Source: Eledone cirrhosa (lineage: Eukaryota). Taken from it: a DNA stretch of 64,000 nt. A program made the position numbers and the translations under genes. The notes below the pieces were generated by a model that was given only the letters and a program-made list of their open reading frames with translations, did no database searches and was not told the DNA's origin. Of this stretch, positions 53,523 through 64,000 are shown in pieces. Within the stretch, counting starts at the first letter, position 1. Each line of letters begins with the position of its first letter. The stretch is from the NCBI GenBank assembly GCA_964016885.1, contig OZ024745.1, positions 10,540,001 through 10,604,000 on the forward strand, given 5' to 3'.

Positions 53523-54244
53523 TTTCGGCTCCCCTATACATGGCTTGTACCGCTTTCACAAGCCATTCATCTACTCCTAGTTTTCTAAGAGCCCACCAGA
53601 TTACTGCACGTGGAACTCTGTCAAAGGCTTTCTCAAGGTCGACAAATGCCAAGTAGAGTGGCTTACTTTTAGCTAGGTACTTTTCCTGTAATTGCCTCAC
53701 AAGGAAGAGGGCATCAGTGGTGCCTTTCCCTGGTACAAACCCAAATTGCATCTCGTCTATATTCACCCGGTCCCTAATCAGCTGTGCTATAACTCTTTCT
53801 GTTACTTTCATGACCTGGTCCATCAACTTTATACCTCTATAGTTTCCTCTATCTAGTGCATCACCTTTACCTTTGTAGCAGTTGACAATGATGCTACTGC
53901 ACCAATCTTTTGGTATGGCCCCCTCTAGTATTACCTGGTTAACGATACGTGTGGTTATAGTGTGACCTACAGACCCAGATGCCTTCAGCATCTCGGCAGC
54001 TATACCCGATGGACCGGTTGCCTTCCCTATCTTCATATCTCTGATTGCCTTACTTACTACGCTGCCACTGACTTGTACTGCTGGTCCCTCTATAGGGTCT
54101 ACGTGGGGTAGGGTCTCTTCTTCCCATGCATTCTCCTCATTTAGTAATCTATCATAATGACTCTTCCATGCATCTTTCTTCTCAGCACTTGTGAGGGCAA
54201 GCTCACCTTTATCATTCCGGATACACTTCTCCGGATACACTTCT
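53523..54244 (-). mobile_element. Internal RTE RT fragment (subfamily related to 42115..44244)
   Basis: ORF 53413..54240 has LPHVDPIEGPAV, NYRGIKLMD, QFGF and FVDLEKAFDRVPR; truncated at both ends before the YADD motif. Confidence 0.92.
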
Positions 54245-54334
54245 GTATATATATATATATTTTATAAATATATTATAAACGGAAAAAATGAAACGAAATT
54301 TCATTTCCCACTCTTAGTACGGCTGTTACTTAAA

Positions 54335-54858
54335 TATAAGTATGTATACGTACATACATATATGTATACAGATGTACAGTATGTATATATATACATACAT
54401 GCACACATATATATATATGTACATATGGATTCATCGAACATTTATTATAAAGCTTGGTGTGTTTGTAAACAAACATCCCGTATTAAGCCGTAGTGTCTAG
54501 CAACCACCGTTGCTCGTTTGTTCAACACTGACAAAGGAACGCCGTTAATATGCATAAGGAAAGTATATACTTTCAGACGTTCAATCATCTGGCAGGAAGG
54601 TATACGTTGCTGACGATAGTTAATAAGCTTGAAACTAGTACAGCGTTCCTTTGTCAGTGTTGAACAAACGAGCAACGGTGGTTGCTAGACACTGTACGGC
54701 TTAATTCGGGATGTTTGTTTACAAACACACCGAGATATTATAATAGATGTTCGGTGAATCCATGCGTACATATATATATGTGTGCATGTATGTATATATA
54801 TATATACATACTACTGTACGTCTATATACATATATGTATGTACGTATACATACTTATA
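54335..54858. repeat. Long inverted repeat (~210-bp arms, ~96-bp spacer), probable inverted Penelope pLTR
   Basis: 54335-54544 is the near-perfect reverse complement of 54641-54858. Confidence 0.9.
54604..54646 (+). ncRNA. Minimal type I hammerhead ribozyme
   Basis: ACGTTG CTGACGA T AGTT-AATA-AGCT T GAAA CTAG TA^ CAGCGT; palindromic ACTAGT stem III; GUA triplet. Confidence 0.8.
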
Positions 54859-54888
54859 AATATATTATATATATATACATATTTATAT

Positions 54889-54924
<36 letters not shown>

Positions 54925-54926
<2 letters not shown>

Positions 54927-56223
54927 AGGAGGTTATAGTAGGTAACAGAGGAAGGCAACATCCACACCTGCTTCTATAAAAAATCCGCCAGCAGGGACCT
55001 GTTCGTACATTTCAGATCGGCCCTCCCACTCGGTGCCAAGTTCGGATACATAAAGAACGAACTGGCACGTATCAAGAACAAATGCACCGACGCCAGAGAC
55101 CGAGACACACACACCACACATTTCCTGGAAGTACTCAAACTGAACGGATACACGACATCCACCACAAACCGTGCCAGAAAGAACAGAGGACACCACACCC
55201 GAGGCACTAACACTTGCTTCCTGAAGCTCCCACACTTCAGTGAAGAAACAACAACAGCCATCCGCAGAGCCATCAGACGAGAAGGTCTGGATATTCAACT
55301 GGCCCATTCGGGTCCTTCTTTGCGTGGACGGCTAGCTAAGAGACACTCCACCAGACATGACAACTGCTGCAGACTAGCCAACTGCCCCATCAACGACACA
55401 GACCTATGCCACCAGGCTTACGTAGTTTACAGACTAGAGTGTGACAAATGCAACAACTTCTACGTAGGTAGCACCACCAGACCACTCCACATAAGAATAA
55501 AGGAACACCTCAATACTAACGCTTCCTCATTTAAGAAACACCTAGTTAAATGCAAAAACACTGATAAAAACATAACAGTTAGGATAGAAACTAAAGAAAG
55601 AAACCTCGGTAATCTTAGAATCAAGGAAGCACTCATTATAGATAGAACACATCCACCAATCAATAATAGACTAGAGCTCAACACCCAATTTATAACCTGA
55701 TAGGGCCTCTAGCCCCACTTTACACACCCCACACACACGCACGCACACACCTCCACTTATTCTCTCTCACACATACACACACAAAACCAGTTCTAACACC
55801 AGATAACACCTACCCCCCACTTTTACGATTAGACCTATCTTCCCACACTCACACACACACATACCTACACCTTCATGCTTTCTCCCACACACATATACAG
55901 GCACGCATATAAAATTTAAAAAACACAACAAAAACATAAACAAACCCCTCTTAAAGGGAGACTACTCTTTACCCACCTAATTTTAATTCTTTGATATTAA
56001 AGTTAGAACTCTATACTATTTCCGGTCAGCATGGCTTCATTGGAAATTTAGACGCTGGTCTGAGACTTTTACTTCCCTCCGAAGAAGAGATATTATCTCG
56101 AAAATTAAGGACATTTAAATAAATTCAAGGTGAAAGACGAATTCTCATCAATATCTCTCACTATTGCATTCTTTTTCTATGTCCATATCTGCATTGTCTT
56201 GGCCTTATTACACATATTCTAAC

Positions 56224-56227
<4 letters not shown>
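54925..56227 (+). mobile_element. 5'-truncated Penelope-like element (non-Naiad; Neptune/Nematis-like Cys linker)
   Basis: GIY-YIG ORF plus a ~520-bp 3' UTR with a hammerhead-like motif; bounded by (TA)n on both sides. Confidence 0.8.
54942..55700 (+). CDS. Penelope-like element C-terminal fragment (RT thumb, Cys linker, GIY-YIG endonuclease)
   Basis: The frame is open from 54942 (IHTCFYKKSASRDLFVHFRSALP...LKLNGY...LKLPHFSE) into ORF 55320..55700 (CCRLANCP..C...VVYRLECDKCNNFYVGSTTRPLHIRIKEH...IKEALII...INNR). Confidence 0.88.
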   Translation, partial: VTEEGNIHTCFYKKSASRDLFVHFRSALPLGAKFGYIKNELARIKNKCTDARDRDTHTTHFLEVLKLNGYTTSTTNRARKNRGHHTRGTNTCFLKLPHFSEETTTAIRRAIRREGLDIQLAHSGPSLRGRLAKRHSTRHDNCCRLANCPINDTDLCHQAYVVYRLECDKCNNFYVGSTTRPLHIRIKEHLNTNASSFKKHLVKCKNTDKNITVRIETKERNLGNLRIKEALIIDRTHPPINNRLELNTQFIT

Positions 56228-56267
<40 letters not shown>

Positions 56268-56271
<4 letters not shown>

Positions 56272-56362
56272 CTGAGCAAGACAACCAATTTTACCTCAAG
56301 TGGGACAATTCCCATGCTAGCGTGGAAGGTGGACGTTAAACGATGATGATGATGATGATGAT
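56268..56362 (+). mobile_element. RTE 3' tail fragment
   Basis: gagcaagacaa...cctcaagtgggac...cccatgctagcgtggaaggtggacgttaaacgatgat matches the 41761-41860 reverse complement. Confidence 0.75.
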
Positions 56363-56716
56363 ATATACATATTTATATACATTTTATATATATATACATT
56401 TTATATATATATATATATAATGATGGGATTAAATTGCTATTTTGATCTTTTGTGACTAAATAGTTCTATTGACTGGCTTTTCTAAATAACCATTGTTTTC
56501 TTAAAATGGTCAATGGTGCATGTGTGTGTCTGTGTGTGTCTGTCTCTGTGTGCCAGTGTGTGTGTCTCTGTGTGTGTCTCTGTGTGTGTGTGTGTGTGTC
56601 TCTGTGTGTGTCTCGGTGTGTGGTGTATTATCATTAGCAGTGGCATCAGACTTCCCACCATTGTCCTTGGCACCACTCTCTATTGTGTCTAGAAATAGAT
56701 ACTGGCTACTTGTTAA

Positions 56717-58497
56717 TGATAATAATTATGGTGATGGTGATGGAGGTGGTGATGGAAGTGGAGATGATGGTGATGGTGATGATTGTAGTGATGGCGGTGA
56801 TGGAGATGATGATGGTGATGATGGTGATGGTGATGATGGTAGTGATGGAGATGATGGAGGTGGAGATGATGGTGGTAATGATGGTGGTGATGGTGATGAT
56901 GGTAGTGATGGAGATGATGGAGGTGGTGATGGAGATGATGGTGGTGATGGAGATGATGGTGGTGATGGTGGCGATGGAGATGGTGGTGGTGGTGGAGGTG
57001 GAGGTGGTGGTAATTATCATTCTCCACTTTAGTTTTTATCATTTGAAGCAATCACCACCACTACCATCACTATCACTATCATCACCACCACTACCATCAC
57101 CACTACCATCACTATCACTATCATCACCATCACTACCACCACTACCATCACCACCACTACCATCACTATCACTATCATCACCATCACTACCACCACTCCC
57201 ATCACCACCACTACCATCACTACCATCACCACCACTACCATCACCATCACTACCATCACCATCACTACCACCACTACCATCACCACTACAATCACTACCA
57301 CCACTACAATCACTACCACCACTACCATCACCATCACCACTACCATCACCATCACTACCACCATTACAATCACTATCACCACTACCATCACCATCACTAC
57401 CACCACTACTACCATCACCACTACCATCACCACTACCATCACCATCACTACCACCACTACCATCACCACTACCATCACCACCACTACCATCACTATCACT
57501 AACATCACCATCACTACCACCACCACCACTACCGTTACCATCACCACCACTACCACTACCATCACCACTACCACCACTACCATCACCACTACCATCACCA
57601 CCACTACCATAACTATCACCACTACCACTACCATCACCACTACCACCACTACCATCACCACTACCACCATAACTATCACCACTACCACTACCATCACCAC
57701 TACCACCACTACCATCACCACTACCATCACCACCACTACCATAACTATCACCACTACTACTACCATCACCACTACCATCACTACCATCACCACCATCACC
57801 ATCACTACCACCACCACTACCATCACCACCACTACCATCACCACCACTACCATCACCACTACCATCACTACCATCACCACCACTACCATCACCACTACCA
57901 TCACCACCACTACCATCACCATCACCACCACTACCATCACCACCACTACCATCACCACCACTACCATCACCATCACCACCACTACCATCACCACCACTAC
58001 CATCACCACCACTACCACTACCATCACCATCACCACCACTACCATCACCATCACCACCACTACCATCACTACCACTACCATCACCACTACCATCACTACC
58101 ATCACCACCACTACCATCACCACTACCATCACTACCATCACCACCACTACCATCACCACCACTACCACTACCATCACCACTACCATCACTACCATCACCA
58201 CCACTACCATCACCACTACCATCACTACCATCACCACCACTACCATCACCACTACCATCACTACCATCACCACCACTACCATCACCACTACCATCACTAC
58301 CATCACCACCACTACCATCACCACCACTACCACTACCATCATCACTACCATCACCACCACTACCATCACCACTACCATCACTACCATCACCACCACTACC
58401 ACCACCACCACTACCACTACCATCACCATCATCACCACTACCACCACCACCACTACCATCACCATCACCATCATCATCACTATCATTATCATCATTC
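56717..58497. repeat. (GAT/GGT)n tract followed by a long (CAC/CAT/CTA)n tract
   Basis: Direct reading; 56717-57012 and 57050-58497. Confidence 0.95.
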
Positions 58498-58803
58498 TTT
58501 TTGTCTGTATCAATGTCAGCATTACCAATTCTCCTTTCACAGAGATGGGGAAGAGGAAGGGGAGGATGGGGTGTTGGGAGGGGAAGGAGGTGGGTGTTTG
58601 GAAGGGAGGAGGAGGTGGGTGTAGGGAAGGGAGGAGGAGGTGGGTGTAGGGAAGGAGGAGGATGTAATTTAACTGTTGGCTTCAGTGCTTTTGTCATTAT
58701 CTGTCACTACAGGTGGGTGACCTTGTCCAGGGGTGGGGTGGGGTGGCATCCCAGCTTATCTGTCATGAACATTACTCCCCTCCTCCTTCTCACTTTAATT
58801 TAA

Positions 58804-59145
58804 CCCTTTAGTACCAACCCGGCTTTAGTACAGCTCTGGTTCTATGAAATAAAACCACCCATTTTAAAGGTTTCCAATTTAAATTAAAATCTTCCAACAT
58901 AATTTTATATAAGTATCCTACATTAAGTTACTATCTTAGTAATGAAATAATTAATTTTAGTAAATCCCACAAAATTCTTCATTAATCGATTAAAATAGAG
59001 TATCATTAGAAATATGGTCATGAAACGGTTATCAAAGGATCTTACATAAAATTATGATAGAATGTTTTCAAATAAAAATAAACACTTAAACAGTTTTGAA
59101 ATGCAGAACCCTGGGCCAATTTCAGGAAGCTTGGTAACATAAGGG
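58804..59145. mobile_element. Possible second piggyBac-type MITE family (degenerate)
   Basis: TTAA-ccctttagtaccaa ... ttggtaacataaggg; a similar right end (ttggtaccaaaagggttaa) occurs near 31228-31246. Confidence 0.45.
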
Positions 59146-59694
59146 CTGCTAATGAGAAAGTTATATTACTAAATTTTTGCAAATTCTTGATTTTGAAAAT
59201 TATTTGAAAATGTTATCCAGTTTCTTTCATTAGAAATATGGTAATGAAGGTGTTAAGGTGTCATAATTAATTGAAATACTGGATGGACTTGGGGGAAACC
59301 TTATGATAAATGTTGTTTTGTGTTCTTTAGCAAGACATAACTCTGCTTGTCGCATTCAATCTGCTTGAATAAAAGAATGCCTGGCAAAAATACCCAATGA
59401 TGACTGCTCTATGGAAATTTATTAATGAAATGGGCACTACCATTTTTAATGTACTTAAAGTAAAAAAAAATTTAATTAAAATTACACCCTTTGTGATGAG
59501 AAATCATTATTTAAATGACCGATCCTGTTACTCATTCCTGAAATTTTAATTAAAATCAATAAAATCTGGAATGCATTTTTATGGTTGAGTGGTTCACAGG
59601 AAATGTATTTTGATATGAAAACAATTGTTTCAATAACATAAAAAAATAAGGTTGTTCAAGAAACTGCCCCATGGCAAAGTTTACTAAAGATAAA

Positions 59695-62600
59695 TAGCCA
59701 GTGGTACATCATCATCATCACCATAGCCAGTGGTACATCAACATCATCATCATCACCATAGCCAGTGGTACATCATCATCATCATCACCATAGCCAGTGG
59801 TACATCATCATCATCACCATAGCCAGTGGTACATCAACATCATCATCATCATCACCATAGCCAGTGGTACATCATCATCATCACCATAGCCAGTGGTACA
59901 TCAACATCATCATCATCACCATAGCCAGTGGTACATCATCATCATCATCATCACCATAGCCAGTGGTACATCATCATCATCATCACCATAGCCAGTGGTA
60001 CATCATCATCATCATCATCACCATAGCCAGTGGTACATCAACATCATCATCATCACCATAGCCAGTGGTACATCATCATCATCATCACCATAGCCAGTGG
60101 TACAACATCATCATCATCACCACCATAGCCAGTGGTACATCATCATCATCATCATCACCATAGCCAGTGGTACAACATCATCATCATCATCACCATAGCC
60201 AGTGGTACAACATCATCATCATCATCACCATAGCCAGTGGTACATCATCATCATCATCACCACCATAGCCAGTGGTACATCATCATCATCATCAACATAG
60301 CCAGTGGTACATCATCATCATCATCAACATAGCCAGTGGTACATCATCATCATCATCAACATAGCCAGTGGTACATCATCATCATCATCAACATAGCCAG
60401 TGGTACATCATCATCATCATCAACATAGCCAGTGGTACATCATCATCATCATCAACATAGCCAGTGGTACATCATCATCATCATCACCATAGCCAGTGGT
60501 ACATCATCATCATCATCACCACCATAGCCAGTGGTACATCATCATCATCATCATCAACATAGCCAGTGGTACATCATCATCATCATCATCACCATAGCCA
60601 GTGGTACATCATCATCATCATCAACATAGCCAGTGGTACAACATCATCATCATCACCATAGCCAGTGGTACATCATCATCATCACCACCATAGCCAGTGG
60701 TACATCATCATCATCATCAACATAGCCAGTGGTACATCATCATCATCATCAACATAGCCAGTGGTACATCATCATCATCATCATCAACATAGCCAGTGGT
60801 ACATCATCATCATCATCACCACCATAGCCAGTGGTACATCATCATCATCATCATCAACATAGCCAGTGGTACATCATCATCATCATCATCATAGCCAGTG
60901 GTACATCATCATCATCATCACCATAGCCAGTGGTACAACATCATCATCATCATCACCATAGCCAGTGGTACATCATCATCATCATCACCACCATAGCCAG
61001 TGGTACATCATCATCATCATCATCAACATAGCCAGTGGTACATCATCATCATCATCACCATAGCCAGTGGTACAACATCATCATCATCACCATAGCCAGT
61101 GGTACATCATCATCATCATCACCACCATAGCCAGTGGTACATCATCATCATCATCACCACCATAGCCAGTGGTACATCATCATCATCATCACCACCATAG
61201 CCAGTGGTACATCATCATCATCATCACCACCATAGCCAGTGGTACATCATCATCATCATCACCATAGCCAGTGGTACATCATCATCATCATCACCATAGC
61301 CAGTGGTACAACATCATCATCATCAACATAGCCAGTGGTACATCATCATCATCATCAACATAGCCAGTGGTACATCATCATCATCATCAACATAGCCAGT
61401 GGTACATCATCATCATCATCATCAACATAGCCAGTGGTACATCATCATCATCATCACCATAGCCAGTGGTACAACATCATCATCATCACCATAGCCAGTG
61501 GTACAACATCATCATCATCAACATAGCCAGTGGTACATCATCATCATCATCATCACCATAGCCAGTGGTACATCATCATCATCATCAACATAGCCAGTGG
61601 TACATCATCATCATCATCACCATAGCCAGTGGTACATCATCATCATCATCATCACCATAGCCAGTGGTACATCATCATCATCATCACCATAGCCAGTGGT
61701 ACATCATCATCATCATCACCATAGCCAGTGGTACATCATCATCATCATCATCACCATAGCCAGTGGTACATCATCATCATCATCACATAGCCAGTGGTAC
61801 ATCATCATCATCATCACCATAGCCAGTGGTACATCATCATCATCATCAACACCATAGCCAGTGGTACATCATCATCATCATCACCATAGCCAGTGGTACA
61901 TCATCATCATCATCATCACCATAGCCAGTGGTACATCATCATCATCATCAACATAGCCAGTGGTACATCATCATCATCATCATCACCATAGCCAGTGGTA
62001 CATCATCATCATCACCATAGCCAGTGGTACATCATCATCATCATCACCATAGCCAGTGGTACATCATCATCATCATCAACACCATAGCCAGTGGTACATC
62101 ATCATCATCATCACCATAGCCAGTGGTACATCATCATCATCATCACCATAGCCAGTGGTACATCATCATCATCATCAACATAGCCAGTGGTACATCATCA
62201 TCATCATCACCATAGCCAGTGGTACATCATCATCATCATCATCACCATAGCCAGTGGTACATCATCATCATCATCACCATAGCCAGTGGTACATCATCAT
62301 CATCACCATAGCCAGTGGTACATCATCATCATCATCAACATAGCCAGTGGTACATCATCATCATCATCATCAACATAGCCAGTGGTACATCATCATCATC
62401 ATCACCATAGCCAGTGGTACATCATCATCATCATCATCACCATAGCCAGTGGTACATCATCATCATCATCACCATAGCCAGTGGTACATCATCATCATCA
62501 TCACCATAGCCAGTGGTACATCATCATCATCATTCACCATAGCCAGTGGTACATCATCATCATCATCACCATAGCCAGTGGTACATCATCATCATCATCA

Positions 62601-64000
62601 CCATAGCCAGTGGTACATCATCATCATCATCACCATAGCCAGTGGTACATCATCATCATCATCATCATCATAGCCAGTGGTACATCATCATCATCATCAC
62701 CATAGCCAGTGGTACATCATCATCATCATCACCATAGCCAGTGGTACATCATCATCATCATCACCATAGCCAGTGGTACATCATCATCATCATCACCATA
62801 GCCAGTGGTACATCATCATCATCATCATCACCATAGCCAGTGGTACATCATCATCATCATCACCATAGCCAGTGGTACATCATCATCATCATCATCACCA
62901 TAGCCAGTGGTACATCATCATCATCATCACCATAGCCAGTGGTACATCATCATCATCATCATCATAGCCAGTGGTACATCATCATCATCATCACCATAGC
63001 CAGTGGTACATCATCATCATCATCACCATAGCCAGTGGTACATCATCATCATCATCACCATAGCCAGTGGTACATCATCATCATCATCACCATAGCCAGT
63101 GGTACATCATCATCATCATCACCATAGCCAGTGGTACATCATCATCATCATCACCATAGCCAGTGGTAACATCATCATCATCATCACCATAGCCAGTGGT
63201 ACATCATCATCATCATCACCATAGCCAGTGGTACATCATCATCATCATCACATAGCCAGTGGTACATCATCATCATCATCACCATAGCCAGTGGTACATC
63301 ATCATCATCATCACCATAGCCAGTGGTACATCATCATCATCATCACCATAGCCAGTGGTACATCATCATCATCATCATCCATAGCCAGTGGTACATCATC
63401 ATCATCATCATCCATAGCCAGTGGTACATCATCATCATCATCACCATAGCCAGTGGTACATCATCATCATCATCACCATAGCCAGTGGTACATCATCATC
63501 ATCATCACCATAGCCAGTGGTACATCATCATCATCATCATCATAGCCAGTGGTACATCATCATCATCATCACCATAGCCAGTGGTACATCATCATCATCA
63601 TCACCATAGCCAGTGGTACATCATCATCATCATCACCATAGCCAGTGGTACATCATCATCATCATCACCATAGCCAGTGGTACATCATCATCATCATCAC
63701 CATAGCCAGTGGTACATCATCATCATCATCACCATAGCCAGTGGTACATCATCATCATCATCACCATAGCCAGTGGTACATCATCATCATCATCATCATA
63801 GCCAGTGGTACATCATCATCATCATCATCATAGCCAGTGGTACATCATCATCATCATCACCATAGCCAGTGTACATCATCATCATCATCACCATAGCCAG
63901 TGGTACATCATCATCATCATCATCATAGCCAGTGGTACATCATCATCATCATCACCATAGCCAGTGGTACATCATCATCATCATCACCATAGCCAAGTGG
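59695..64000. repeat. Minisatellite catagccagtggta(cat)n-ca(c/a), ~30-36 bp variable unit, running off the window end
   Basis: Direct reading; more than 125 units with variable CAT number. Confidence 0.98.

Noticed and set aside
56520-58697. Gly/Asp/Ser-rich and Pro/Ser-rich ORFs (shell-matrix or extensin-like)
   Set aside because: Trinucleotide repeat translations with no signal peptide or exon structure.

Overview
Repeat-dense, AT-rich animal genomic DNA. The element inventory (RTE-tailed tRNA SINEs, Naiad-type Penelope, abundant TA/CA microsatellites) suggests a mollusc, probably a cephalopod such as Octopus; this is inference. The only host gene I can support is three GT-AG exons of a serine hydroxymethyltransferase (SHMT, + strand, 17604-21265). 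Its upstream and terminal exons were not found, so the whole window is probably intronic. The rest is made of large minisatellite arrays (49, 23, 41, 45, 46 and ~30-36 bp units), a CR1-type LINE, RTE LINEs (with a PHD-like C4HC3 finger inserted in the RT), two Penelope-like elements, TTAA-flanked piggyBac-type MITEs and tRNA-derived SINEs. The ORF track does not show the most interesting layer, which is a set of hammerhead ribozyme motifs: four good ones (31079-31122 -, 39267-39420 -, 53136-53217 -, 54604-54646 +) and one degenerate one (56076-56110 +). One is a full type I hammerhead inside a non-coding, terminally redundant retrozyme-like unit. Another has its cleavage site exactly at the start of a ~215-bp inverted repeat arm. 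Several minisatellites can be traced to retroelement 3' ends. All motifs were read by eye; no searches or folding computations were run.
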